DNA of 63,076 nucleotides, counting the filler, from Octopus bimaculoides (lineage: Eukaryota): the NCBI RefSeq assembly GCF_001194135.2. It is 5 parts of 3 records of this genome, joined end to end, with 100 filler letters (N's around TTAATTAATTAA, not from the genome) between each part and the next. Parts side by side here need not be neighbours in the genome. Positions count along the whole stretch, not along the records: positions 27,402 to 51,505 come from NC_068981.1; 4 more parts are not named here. The stretch is one strand, 5' to 3'. This document shows, piece by piece, positions 37,716-51,505 of the stretch (positions are counted from its first letter, which is position 1; every line of letters starts with the position of its first letter). The notes below the pieces were generated by a model, which saw nothing but the letters and a program-made list of their open reading frames with translations, did no database searches and was not told where the DNA came from. The position numbers were made by a program, and so were the translations under genes.

Positions 37716-38589
37716 GGGTGTATCTATCTGTCTATGTATAAAAGTAGAAGAAAACTTATGATTATAGGTTAAGTTGGAAAGATACTCTACATGGTCGTTA
37801 CACATTCTAGTAATAGCAACTAGATTTGCCTCAGTTCATACCCAATTGAAATTTTAACCCATCGTAAACAAGGATTGCTTCTCTTTGGAACTCATTTGAT
37901 ATCATTTTTGTTTAATTACATTTGTCATTTGGGCAAAAAACAATAACAGGAACATTTTATTGTGTTGACTGGAGTATCACTTAATGCAATGTAAAACATA
38001 AGAATATATACTCTAAATATATGAATGTCAATTAATAGCAAAGCATAACAAATGATATTATCAGATATGTATTTATTTCTAACCAGAATAAATTAAAATT
38101 GACGTCTTCTGGGAAATTTGTATTGTGAAATCACATAGAACAATAAATAGAAGTTTTCAATAGCACAAAAGCTTTGATTCCAGATCAGTAAATTTCTTCA
38201 TGTGCAAGATACACAGTAACCAGCAGAAATCAAAGAAAATAATGATGTTCAGCGTCGGCAATTCGTGAATATAATTTATTGAAAACCTAATTCTAAAATT
38301 GCTTAGGACAGTCTAAAATCAATGTAATTCAGGCTTTCTTTGCAGTAGAAGCTTCAATTGAAAAGTGGAATAGGTTTGGAATGAAAAAGATAAAATGCAT
38401 AAAGTTACAGGCGTAGTCCTTCATCATAATGTTGAGTTTTCTGAACCATGCCTGGCTGATATACTGCGATTAGTTGGTGAAGGACAATATGAATATCAGT
38501 AGGCAGAGCTATATTTATTTGACATAGCTTAAGATGACGGTGGAAACAACGGACTGGATACATTTTCAATATTTAAATGGTAGTTTAAA

Positions 38590-38805
38590 GCTTCGAGTTG
38601 ACAGAATGCTTAACAATCCGGACAACATGCTTAGTGTTTTTTCGTCTGTCTTTATGTTGTTCTGAGTTCAAATTCCGCCGAGGTCGACTTTGCCTTTCAT
38701 CATTTCGGGGTCGATAAATTAAGTACCAGTTGAACACTGGGGTCGGTGTAATCGACTCATACCCAACTCCCCTAAGCTTCCCTTGTGGAAAAAGTTTGAA
38801 ATAAT
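38590..38805 (+). mobile_element. SINE family B
   Basis: gttctgagttcaaattccgccgaggtcgactttgcctttcatcatttcggggtcgataaattaagtaccag. Confidence 0.9.
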
Positions 38806-38929
38806 TATTACTGCTGTTGTTTTTTTTGTTATTGGAGGTGGTGATGCTGATGATGTTATAGTGATTTTATCATTATCATCAAAATTATTATTATTGTTAT
38901 TATTATTATTATTATTACCATCTCCTTTG

Positions 38930-39030
38930 GTTTCATAAAAGAAGTATCAGCTGAATACTGGGGTCGATGTAATCGACATACCCCCTCCCCAGAAATTGGT
39001 GGCCATGTGCCAACATTTGAAATCAGTATT
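38930..39030 (+). mobile_element. SINE family B, 3' half
   Basis: agtatcagctgaatactggggtcgatgtaatcgac...ggccatgtgccaacatttgaa. Confidence 0.75.
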
Positions 39031-39489
39031 AGATTGTACTTTGCTGTGATTTGCATGCATATATCTATCGAGAATTTTATCTGTCCCCTTCAGCTGAAAC
39101 AACACATATAAACATATATGTGCATATCTGTTATTTTATATTTTTTTTTTTTTGTCTTTTTAAACGAATATTTAAAAAATGAAAAGATAGTGTTATACTC
39201 TTTCTCGCTTTTACTGTTTGCCACAAATCTCACAAGTTTAATATTATATTTTAAATTAGTTATTTATGAGATAAATATAAGTTCAATATCTCACATTTTT
39301 AGCGAGGCTATAGTCGACTAATTTGACCTCAGTGCTTGAGGAAGACTTATTTTACTATGCCGGTGGACGGAAAAGAAAACTTCCCGATACTCAACCGGTT
39401 CTGTCATCTAAAACATTTGGGGTAAAAAGAATACAACTATATATCTAATATAAACTTACGTCAGCGTTGTTTATGCCTTGTTGGATGTA

Positions 39490-39700
39490 TAGGCTTCAAA
39501 GTTTGGCACATGGCCATCAATTTTAAGGAAAGGGCTGAGTCGATTAAATCAAGCCCAATGCTCAACTGATCCCATTTTATCAACTTCAGAAGGGAGAAAG
39601 GCGGCTCAACCTCGACGAAATTGCAACTCAGAACATGAAGACGGATGAAATGATGCTAGGCATTTTATCCGACGTGCTCGCAATTCTGTCAGTTCGTCTT
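39490..39700 (-). mobile_element. SINE family B (decayed)
   Basis: tttggcacatggcc tail, agtcgattaaatc, aactcagaacatgaagacggatgaaatgatgctaggcatt. Confidence 0.7.
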
Positions 39701-40079
39701 ATTGGTTGGATATATTGACCTCTAGTACTTAACTGATTTTGATGTGATTTCCATCGGAAGAATAAACGTAAACTTGTCTGAGTGGAATTTCGATTTATAA
39801 CGTAGAGAGGCATAACTAAATACCGCATCATATTCTCTCCGGTGGTCTGTCGATTCTATTAATTTCTCGTTAATAGTTTGTGACGTACGTACTATGCTGA
39901 GTGGTTTGTTGGTGATGAAGAGCATCAATGAATATTAACCCAGTATTTGGTTGGTACTTAATTATCATTGAAATGATGAATTACAAACTGAGCTTCGGCA
40001 GAATTTGAACTCATCATCTATTAGGACTTAACTTCTACCGCAAGACCTCTACTCTGCTAAGTCTTCCATTTACTACTTA

Positions 40080-40793
40080 ATTGTAACAAATACATATCGC
40101 TATGTTTTTTTGGTTTTTACTTTTCATCTAGTTTACACTAGTAAGAGACGATTCGTTTAATAGCGCAATAAAGGTAAGAAGAATATACATTTAGATATCG
40201 GAAAAAAACATAAGAAAATAATTTATCCCGTAGAAGGAACACTAGACATAGAAATTAGATATTCCTTTTATTGATATTCTGTAGATAAGTAGATATACGA
40301 GTAGATTTTTTTGTGTGTATTTATGATTAGATTAAAGAGATAAAATATTCGCTATGATAGATATTATTAGCCAGAATCGTTATCAAATATTCGATGTCAT
40401 TATAACCAACTCCCAATAGTAACTCATCTGCATTATTGGCCATAGGAAATATCTCTCTATCGTTATTATTCATATTAAAACAATAAGGTTTATAAACAAA
40501 TGATAGCCTATATGGTTACCCACTACTGTAAGATTTACTTTTATGACAAGAAAGTGCCAATTCGTGAATAGACTTTTTTATACACTACAGTATTTTATGA
40601 GACTATCAAAAGAGTATCGGAAAATGGAAAGATTGATGAGATTGGCGTTCAATTTCGGCGAGTGAAATATAAAGTAGAAGATATATATGGTATATTTTGA
40701 AACGCTGGTGAAAATCACCGAGATGAGATTATCTCTAGATCTTTGGATAAGATGTTGACTAACAAGCGTCAAAACAATGATTTTATATCCCAA
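40080..40793 (-). pseudogene. Possible decayed class A (rhodopsin-like) GPCR reading frame
   Basis: One frame with several stops: LINLSIF (TM2-like), W 20 residues after the 2.50 position, IITIERYF (R at 40452-40454), W exactly 27 codons after that R (40371-40373), then hydrophobic TM5-like segments. N1.50, D2.50, C3.25 and the TM6/7 motifs are not seen. Confidence 0.33.
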
Positions 40794-41539
40794 CGAGTGT
40801 TCAATAGATCTGAATCTACGGAAAGTATACTAAATAGATATAAATAGCATTACAAAGGAGCTGATGTTCAGAAACTCTACATTTGAGATACTGGAATTAA
40901 GAGCAACAGGGGACTTATACAGGAACACTTAATATACTTCGAGCGACAGCGCTCCTTTATGTATAATTTTACTCGCAGTTTTGCTGTTTAATGTTTGGGT
41001 TATTAACAGAACACTTTTGCTTATGAAAGACACTATGGCGTGTTTCCATACTGAATGTATTAGTTCAGCTAATCGCATTTGATACATACGTCAGGGAAAA
41101 GAACAAAAAAATAGCAAAAGAGTAAACAAGGAATGAGACAAAAGAATGGAAACACATTTCCAGTTGTATTAGCAGCTGATTTCAGTATAGCATGACTTGC
41201 CTCTTTACACATGCTCGAGATATTAATGCATTTTCTCAGAGATTAATATTCTTTATGTCTTTCATTTTTTTTTAAAAGTTGACGTATCAAAACAATAATC
41301 TTGTTGCATCTACTATACATTAACGAAGTTTCATACAATTTAAAACACCTTTAGTTTATTTCGAAGTGTTGCAATCTTTCTGTATCGTGATGTGAATAGA
41401 AAGGCAGTTTGATGAGTCGAAAGATTAAAGACGCATATTTTTGTGAAACACTACTTACATGTACACTGTTCCATTAGTGGAAAAAGGGAATGCTCACGGT
41501 TGAAGCTTAGACTGCGGCTACGAAGCGCACCCACTACTT

Positions 41540-41840
41540 ATTTTTCAAAAACCTGGTACTTATTTCATCGCTCCCTCTGTCCAAACCGCTAGATTACAGG
41601 GATTTCAACTCATCAGCACCAGTTTTTGAAACAGTGGTGGGGGACAAGCTATAACACAAACAAACACACTAACACCCCATACACACATATATACTCACAC
41701 GACGGGCTTCTTTCAGTTTCCGTCTACTAAATCCACTCACAAGGTTTTTTGTCGGCTCGAGGATATAGTAGAAGACAACTGGTCAAGATACCACTGAAGT
41801 CAGAATCATATGATTGGGAAGCAAACTTCTTACCATATCT
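41540..41840 (-). mobile_element. Composite SINE family C
   Basis: cctggtacttatttcatcg...ccgctag, a CA tract, then cgacgggcttctttcagtttccgtctactaaatccactcacaagg...atagtagaagaca. Confidence 0.82.
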
Positions 41841-42344
41841 GGACATTTTACATATATGCAAATATAAATTAATTGTGGTATTCGTCGGGAGATTATATTT
41901 TATGAAGTACTGTATTTGAAAATGCTAATATATTTGTAACAGACAAAAAACGTCCACCAGCGCCGGTGAGAATGCTACATGCGTAATTTTGCCTTGTTGG
42001 ACTCTGTTACTAATACATAATCACTGCCAACCTCGTGGCAGGACAACATTTATTTAAAAACCCTCTACTTTTGGGATTAACAGTCTGGTTGAATAGAAAT
42101 CTGTTATATGCAATAGAAGCACTGTTCTATTTGTGTTTGTTAAACACTGGATGTCCGTAAGAGATGCAATCTCCGGATAAATACTGCAGTTAATTACCTC
42201 TTCGCGATGTAGCTGCATTGAATATGATGTACAGATTTTAATCTAATACAGCTCCTACTCTATGTAATATATGCGTAAGTGTACAAGCATACATACATAC
42301 ATTTTTATTTATATATATTAATACATACATATATTTATGAAGCA

Positions 42345-42455
42345 ATTTAGTAAAGTCGACCTCGGCACAATATGTACTTAGAACGTAAAAACGAACGAAA
42401 TGCCGCTAAGCATTTTACTCTGCGTGCTTATTGATTCTGCAAGTTCGCCTTCTTT
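42345..42455 (-). mobile_element. SINE family B, 5' half
   Basis: aaagtcgacctcggc...agaacgtaaaaacgaacgaaatgccgctaagcatttt. Confidence 0.75.
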
Positions 42456-45400
42456 ATAATAGAATATATGTATTATATGCGTATGTGTATACATGTATAC
42501 AAATTTGCCTGTTCATGTGTATTTAGTGTATGCATGTTTGAATCTCCTTTCTTCTTTTTACGGTAGGAAGTTAATTTCTCACAGTCAGTCATCTACATAT
42601 GTTGCGTTGCGCTGTCAGTCAGTTACAAATGTAAATATTTCCATGTCTGTGTTGAAAAAAGTAACGCGATATGAAAGCAACACTAAATCTCTGTCGGCAG
42701 CATAATACCAACTGATATTATTATTGCATTGAAAATATTCAGAAATGAGAAGCAACGTGTAATGCGAATCCAGGAGATGTTAATGAATCAATAAATAATG
42801 TTAACAGTAATATTAGAAGCAACCATGTCAAATGTGTGTATCTTTGAAAGTAATAGCTTTATTTTTAAACATATCATATAATATGATTGGTTAATATGCC
42901 ATATGTGTGTGCTGGCTTAAGAAGTTATATCTGAAAGTTCGTATCCAGACTGCAGCGTTGAGCACAGCTCAATGGACATACCTCTATGTGGTGCAGTTAA
43001 CCTAGGTGGATTTTAAGTCCGTAAGCTGCATGTAATAAACAAGTATTTATATTGCCTTCAATAAAAATCTCACAATAAGCTAAAGCAGAAAAAAAAAACA
43101 ATTGATATTTTCTTTTATTATATACCGAAGTCGTGCAACATATTTTGTTTATATAACCTTTCATAATAAAATATTTTGATAAACGCACACACACGCATGA
43201 ACCCCGACATATATACTGACATACTTGATTGGACAAAACATTAGCGCGAAGCTGTAGTAGGAAACAGTTGCATAATGAGAGGTGCGTATCCGAGTTCATT
43301 TCCTTCTGGAGTTCGCAGATGTCACCAGCAGAACATTGTCGATTACTTTTCTATCGTTTGATTAAAAAGCTAAATACTATTCTTTGCTTAGATTTTATCT
43401 TAGAATGTTAACATAAAATAGCCATAAAAGTTAACATAAAATAGAATGTCGACTAGTAACCGTTTCAACTTTCAATGTGAAAGTTGTGTAATGCCCATTT
43501 ATTGTATAATACTATTTCAATGATGATGTCTTGGGTTTGTCACTTAGTGCGATTGATGAAAACTAAGTAATCACATATATACTGAACGATGATTTCGATG
43601 ATTTTATTCATGAATGAGGATGGAACACTTCTGGAGTGTATCTACTTTTGAAAGGAACGAGAATATGAACATTACAAATAAAGCCGTCTCTGTACCATAT
43701 TTGACGTATATGTGCCACATATATATATATATACCATATTTGACGTATATATGCCTAGCTTTTGTGTGAGAAAAAAAAAAACTTTTCATAGACGCGTTGA
43801 ACTAAAATCAAATTCTATATTGGAGCCAGGCAAACGCGATCCCAGCAAATGACTCACGTGAATATCAAACACGTTTCGAATCATTATTCTTTCAAAAAAT
43901 ACTAAGAAAAATCTCAAATAAAATTACATTTCTATTGCTTGATATTTCACATATACAGGACAAAAATATTGTGCCAGCCACTATTTAAAAGCTATAAAAC
44001 CTCAAATCGACTCTCATAAATATAATGAACTTTCTCTAGTTTACCATATTGATAGCTTTAAATTGGCATACACCATATGATGTCCATACACATATATTCT
44101 TTTATCGATAATACTAATGGTGGCAATTAAGTTGTCGGAATTTCTGAGTATAATTTTTTTTAAATATACACTAAATGTAGGAAATCTGAAGAAATTAAGG
44201 TTTATATCATGCTATATATATATATATATAGCATGATATAAACATATANNNNNNNNNNATGTGTGTGTGTGTGTGCGTGTGTGTGTGTATGTGTATGTGT
44301 GTGTGTATGTGTGCGAGTGCGTGTGTGTGTGCGTGCGTGTGTATGTGTGTGTGTGTGCGTGTGTGTATGTGTGTGTGTTTTCCTGTGTGTCTATAACTAT
44401 AGTTCCAGAATATGTATCAGTTAAATATTCATTAATTATTTTGTACAGTTATGAATATAACTGGATTAAAGCAGTGATTAATCATTTATGTTTATAATAT
44501 CTATAAGCTCAGGCACTTGGTTCCATCGAAACTGTAAATAAAATTTCGAAGAATTTGCCTAAAAATTCTAAAACTCTTCTTATCATAGCACATCAATTGT
44601 TCCATACATGAATCCATTAATATGAAAGAGCGTATAAATCCTTTGTGATAGAACCAAATGAATATTATATTACCTATGTACTCCAAGCGTATACTTTAAT
44701 TTCGTAGGTTTAGATATAATTGCTGGGCAAATACAGTTAAGATTTATTTCAGGTTGCAGATTTGGAATTTAAGATCCAAGAAATCAATATGAAAGTTGTA
44801 TGTGCTGCTAATAGAGCGTATTTCAAAGTATGGAAGATAACATGTATGATATTTTCAAAGTGAAAACACCTTTAGTGAACCTGCAGTCACTGAGATATAA
44901 ATTTTAAGTGACCTCTTATGAATCTGGAAATATCTTCTTACACTAACCTATCTGCAGTATTGCAATTTGTTGTTATAAATCAATATATTAAAAGATTATT
45001 GTTATAAGAGATATATATTAACATTAGATAAGGCAAGTGCAATTTATTTCCTTACTATAACAATAAATTCAATTGGATGCAAATTATATTCAATATATTA
45101 TTCCACATAAACGTTATGTATCTTGTATATCGAGCTGATGTAGAATAACATCAAAATCGATTAATACTACTTTACAATATACGTAGAAAAATTAGTTTCG
45201 AATTGAAATTTAGTAGTTGAATATAATATACAGTATATATATATATATATATATATATATGGTAGTAACTTCACGATGATCTGTTTCTGTTTTCATATTC
45301 GATTATCAAATCCAATATACTGACATGAACTTTTATAGAATTACATTGTGTGTCTGTATCCATACACATGCGAACATATATATTCTTGTGTATATAATGC

Positions 45401-46930
45401 CTTCACATAATGCGTGAAGTACGTAATACTACAAGAAAGTGAGACTGTTATATTTTATTGATTTCAATCACACAGACTTATTACTTTCGATCACTGCTAT
45501 CATGTTGAAAACGAAAGACAAGATTCCATATGAAAGGTAAATATGTTTCGCTTTCATATTTACTGCACTTAGCAATTAAGAATATGATGCAATATATACG
45601 AGCAACGCACATGGTTTAATATATAGAAATAGTATTAAATAATGAAAAAATAAATAGAAATAATCTATTTTTGAAATACGTTTTTAATTCTAGACTACAG
45701 AAATTCAGTTACTTTTTGCTTATCGAACATTTCATTCCTTAATCAAATATTATTTCCATCGTTTAAATACTGTTGTCACCTCACAGTTCTATATTGTTAG
45801 GAAAAAGAGACATATCGTTAAAATCTTACCTACAGGTCCTTATACTGCAGGGATACAAATATAAGTAGTTTCAAATTGAAATCAGCTCCTTTGGAGTATA
45901 GGAATATAGACTTTGGAGAATATCATAAACTAACTGATAAATTAATGTTAGTCATAGAGAAGAAAAATTCATTAGATACTATCAAAAGGAGAAAGCTAAG
46001 ATATTATTGGGAATTAATTAGAAGAATTGGTTTATAATGACTATTAATAGAAGGTAAAATAAGATGTAAGATTAGAAAATGAAAATCAAGAATTAGGTAA
46101 ATGGATAATATCAAGAATTGGACCAACTTAAATTAAACAGAATCTATATGGACAGCACGAAAAATTTCGAAATGGCGATGCTTGATATTCATCGGGCGTA
46201 GAGCAGTCGACTGATATTGATGATGATGATGATGATGATGAACTTGATTATGTTAAACATGATGATGACGGGGACAACGACGGTGATTATTATTTAGTCG
46301 ATTAATTTATTTTTATTTTTCGGAGGTTGAAGCTTCTTTTTTCTATTTTGAATGCTTTCTGGCTTCATTTCAAAAGATTTTACGCAGATTAAAAAATGCC
46401 GAAATCATTTCAGAATTTTAATTTAAGAAACTGCAATCACTTTATTAAGCGAAGGCAGATGAGAATAGTAGAATTACTTAGAAATTCATAAGGTCGTGAG
46501 GTATTCGTTAGAGAGAACATAATGAATTCTATAGCGGTATTACAAAACCATTAGAGCTTACATTCTGTGTTTAAATCTTGCTGGAAACAAATTTGTTTTC
46601 TTTTTTCTCTGAAATCAATAACATTAAGTACTTAGACACCATTCAAGTTTTGAGGCGTAGATTATATTGATCACTATTATTTCTGACATAATATAGTCTT
46701 GAGGTTATGTGTGGACTTTTTTTTTTGCGGTAGCCTTCCTGATTTCATATTTTTGATGAAGGAATGACTTCCAAAACGTCAAAAACTCCAATTTCATTCA
46801 AGCATTAGACTAATAGCATCTTTGTGAAAACTTGTTCCACTTGCTCTATTTTTGAATGTTTATGCTTGTTCTTCCTCCCCATTATACATACCTATCGATA
46901 TAGACATACATATATCTATATACAAAACTA

Positions 46931-46962
<32 letters not shown>

Positions 46963-47274
46963 NNNNNNNNNNNNNNNNNNNNNNNNNNNNNNNNNNNNNN
47001 NNNNNNNNNNNNNNNNNNNNNNNNNNNNNNNNNNNNNNNNNNNNNNNNNNNNNNNNNNNNNNNNNNNNNNNNNNNNNNNNNNNNNNNNNNNNNNNNNNNN
47101 NNNNNNNNNNNNNNNNNNNNNNNNNNNNNNNNNNNNNNNNNNNNNNNNNNNNNNNNNNNNNNNNNNNNNNNNNNNNNNNNNNNNNNNNNNNNNNNNNNNN
47201 NNNNNNNNNNNNNNNNNNNNNNNNNNNNNNNNNNNNNNNNNNNNNNNNNNNNNNNNNNNNNNNNNNNNNNNNNN

Positions 47275-47310
<36 letters not shown>

Positions 47311-48630
47311 CACTGTACAATCGGACACTGTTATGCACTGCTGGGCGCAATGCGCTTTGTTGCATTGTTGTACCTTTCGGATAATTTTATTCCGCTGGCT
47401 ATATATAGTTATGGTTATGTTTATATTATTATTAATGTAATATTCAATCCCATTAATTATGTAATGGAAGTGAGCACTTTCTTCCGCTTTAAAGCGAAGA
47501 CCCGAGCTTCATATTTTCTAGCTTCATATATAACAATCTTCAGCAACCCGATTAAGATCTTTTTTTTCTTGCGGAGTCTGCACCGACATAGCATAAGGGA
47601 TGTCTTTTAATAGCTCGTTCAAAGGGTAAATACATCACTCATGACCATTTTTAGAACTCCTAAAATTGTTGCGTGGAATGAAGGATTGTTGCGATTTGGA
47701 TATTTGCAACGGATTAGACTTCTCTTAAATGCCTACAAAGAAAATGTGGTAGTTCAAGACGCGCAAATATGTGAGTTAAGCACTCAAGAAGAGTCCCTTC
47801 TATTGGCATATAGCTTTCCGCCAACATGCACCAGAAATTTCCCCATTCGGTCGATCAGAGGCTACGAAGGAAAATACTTATTCTAAGTGCAGCATTGTGG
47901 GGTAGAACTCGACACCCATGTAATAGCAATGCTATATCCATATGTTACAGCAAACGCTTCTACAAGTCATTCTGCGGCTTAACGAGATTTTTACCTATAT
48001 TGCTGCGTGCCCAGGTAAAACTTCTACTACTGCTGACGATGATGACGACGATTACGACTATGTCTATAATAATGAAGTTGTTGCTGCTGTTGTCTTTTCT
48101 GTTCCTGCTTTCACTGTATACAGTGTTTTATTTTATACATGCATGCATGATCGTTGTTGTTATTCTTTCTTTAAACATAGTCTGGAGTTGATCTTCAATT
48201 ACCAATTGACGTTATTACCTTCCACTGAAGACCCTGATGCCTTCCAATGGAAATAGTCGTTATCAATTCATATTTTGTTACATGAGAAATAACATTATTT
48301 GTGAATGATAAAATTGTCAATCATATCGATTGAATCCCAATACCACTTTTGTTTTATGTGTAATAATGTTTGCAATCTATAATCAGAGGTTATCGAAATG
48401 CAGAAAGGTAGTTTTATTCATCTGATATTTTTCAGCAAAACATCCAAAGACGTCAGGAATGTCAACTGTTTTCTTGGAATAAGAGAAGATTGAAAATATG
48501 TTCAATATATTTCTGTATGTCTGAAGATTAAAATATGTCTTGATTGGTCTTGATGATTCCAAGAAGCATTAAAAATATTCATACTATGGTCATAGGCATT
48601 AACAAATATCCAGGCCTGCATTATCTAATA

Positions 48631-49604
48631 TATCAGGTTGAGTAAAAAGTAAACAAAGGTTTCAATCAGGAAGAATTTGTACCGGATTTTTGCAGAGTTT
48701 TGAATTTTTTAAAGCACTTTTTGCAATTGTCTGTTGATACAGGCATACACTTGCCCAAATACATCAATAAATTAATATTGACATTTTATTCACCGTTGTT
48801 ACAGTCATCTTAAATGTAACTGTCAAAGCGCGATATTCGAGAAATTTTGCTATTCTACTTCAAAAGAGGACCGGACGTAAAGCTGCTGAAATTGCACACG
48901 ATATCAACGAAACGTTTGGTGAGGAAATCACCAGTGAGTGGTCAGCTCGAAAAAAGTTTAAACAATTTCGCTGTAGAAGCCCATCTGTCGTCGAAGCCCG
49001 TCATTGAGAAAGATCCACGTTAAACCACTCGAGAACTGGCAAAAGAACTTCAAGTTAGCCAGAAAGCTGCCTGCAACTATGTGCATGCTATCGGAAAATA
49101 AAAAAAATGCTCGACAAATGAGTACAGCACGATCTGAATGAAAATCATAAAATGCGCAGATATGAAATTTGCTCGTTGCTTCTTCTCCGTAAGAAGACCG
49201 ATCCATTTCTTGATCGTATTGTAACTTGCGATGAATAGTGTATTCTGTACAATAATAAAAATTAAAAAAACGTTCTACGCAGTGGTTGGACAAAAATGAA
49301 GCACCGAAAAACCTTTCCTAAACCCGAGCTCTTCAAAAAGAAGGTTATAGTGATTGTTTGGTGGTGTACTGGTGAACTCATCCACTATAAAATCAAACCG
49401 ATACTGAAAGTGCGTTCAAAGAGTTCATCAGGCCCAGATCTCCATATTTTTATGTTACCGGAGTAAACAAGCTTGTAACTCGTTGGCAAAACTGTGTTGA
49501 TTGCAATGGTACTTACTTTGACGGATAAAATTTCCACGTTATTGAAATATATTGCGATGAATTTCATGTTTCAAAACGTTGCTTACTTTTTACTCGGCCT
49601 GATA
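48631..49604 (+). mobile_element. Mariner transposon, internally deleted, both TIRs present
   Basis: TIRs tatcaggttgagtaaaaagtaa / ttactttttactcggcctgata; HTH IREILLFYFKRG..KAAEIAHDINETFGE; DPFLDRIVTCDE; KKVIVIVWW; C-terminus NKLVTRWQNCVDCNGTYFD. The D34D segment is absent. Confidence 0.92.
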
Positions 49605-50510
49605 GAACCAGTCCTTTCCTTTCTAAGATAATAAAGTTTCATTTACTCATACTTTGGTTGCTATTTCTAGCACGTCAAGCAACTGCGCAGATGCTTCTTT
49701 CGTTGATTCAGATATATCATTAATCTCAGCATTTTTCAGAATTTCAATTTATTATGAAAAATAAAAAGAAAAAAAACAGACAGGATCATGACCACTTCAC
49801 ACTTCCAAAATTAGGCGAAGCAGTCATACGTTCTATTCTGGAAGAAAATCTAATATATACTTTTCGCCATTTTATGAAGATATATCAAGCAATTGTTATA
49901 AATATTTGAAGCGGCTTTCTTTATTCAAATGTCGTATAAGTTATTCACATGATAGTAACACTTAATTCATTAATTACGTAAGTAAAATTAAATAACATCC
50001 AATTCTTCTTTTCTATTTTAAACGCCTGAAGAAACTATAGAATTTCCAAAGCACATACATCACTGTGTCAAATAGTTGGCAGGCAAATTGTTGCGTTTGT
50101 AAGTATGATGAATAACATTTAGTTGTTTCAAATAGAAATACAGGCTTGTAAATTTAGTTTCTAATTCCATATTTTTACGGTACAAACAACGAAAAGGAAT
50201 GTGAAGCAAAATGCACAGATATAAAACCAGATTTAAAACAAGAATGAAGATGAATAGCATATTAAAGAAAGAAAGGAACTCTACACACTGCTTCATACAA
50301 ATGTCAAAGACCTGCATTACACTTATATATTCATTCTGTTCCGCGGGTGAATTTGGAAGCATGAATAATTAGACCATTTTCATATGTGATAAAAATAGCA
50401 TAATTATGAGGTTCATATTTTTAATTATATTGCACTAGGCAACCCTTATATATTCCAAAGAGGTACAAATATCTTTTTTATAACTCATAGCAGTATTTAC
50501 CTTAGAAAAT

Positions 50511-50581
<71 letters not shown>

Positions 50582-50849
50582 NNNNNNNNNNNNNNNNNNN
50601 NNNNNNNNNNNNNNNNNNNNNNNNNNNNNNNNNNNNNNNNNNNNNNNNNNNNNNNNNNNNNNNNNNNNNNNNNNNNNNNNNNNNNNNNNNNNNNNNNNNN
50701 NNNNNNNNNTATATGGTGCGATAGGTAAAATGTCGCCATATTATATTTTGACTTTTGTGTGTGTGTATTGTTTTTTTTTTCCTTATTTTGTCGACTACCC
50801 AGTATAGTATGGTCAGCTGGGCACCCTTGGTGTGAAAAACAGTACCATG

Positions 50850-51471
50850 ACGCAATTCACTCTGCCAGAAACGTAGAAATGACATGGTGAACTGCTTGGC
50901 ATTCGCACCGGAAGCTCCACTACGAACGTTTCAGAGTGTCAATCTGATGACAGGGCAATCTGAGGACATGTACCGAGAATGATACAAATCTCTTTCTAGA
51001 GGTATACCAAAGACCCGAATACTGCTGCCACTCATATGACCTTCTAGCAGCCATACCCTCCAGCCAGGGATTGACCACAGCCTCCAGAAACTTTACATAA
51101 CCGTCAGAATTGAGCCTAAGGACCTCCTCAAATATATGAGGTTGAATTCCGGCATGCGCACGCAACATGAATGCTTGTAGATTACCTTTCTGATGGCCAC
51201 GGTTTCGTAGTCTACGTTGCGGTTGTCCATGTAACGTGTTACAGCATTTACAGAGAATAGTAGTTATGATGTCAGCATTTTGTGACCCAGTGAGAATCAT
51301 CATGATAGAGGTAACACTTTTCTAATATTTGGATGGCTTCTAGTATTCCATGCCAGCTAACGTTTTTTCTCAACAACAGCTTTAAACTTTATTCTTTCCA
51401 CCGAAGCTGATAGTTTAATACTTTACCAATATATGAAGCTGTAAGCTGTTCCCAAAATTAATTCCGAACAC

Positions 51472-51474
<3 letters not shown>
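50850..51474 (-). mobile_element. maT/DD37D-like transposon remnant
   Basis: PHIFEEVLRLNSDGYVKFLEAVVNPWLEGMAARRSYEWQQ; TIR-like aattaattccgaacacctt next to (TA)n at about 51455-51474. Confidence 0.7.

Positions 51475-51505
<31 letters not shown>

Noticed and set aside
47310-48030. Possible piggyBac remnant on the minus strand (Cys-rich QCNKAHCAQQCITVSDC next to TA repeats)
   Set aside because: Catalytic motifs and TTAA/TIR ends could not be identified.
50941-50970. CTGATGA and CTGAGGA cores
   Set aside because: No GAAA or closing stems follow; the sequence lies inside the maT-like remnant.
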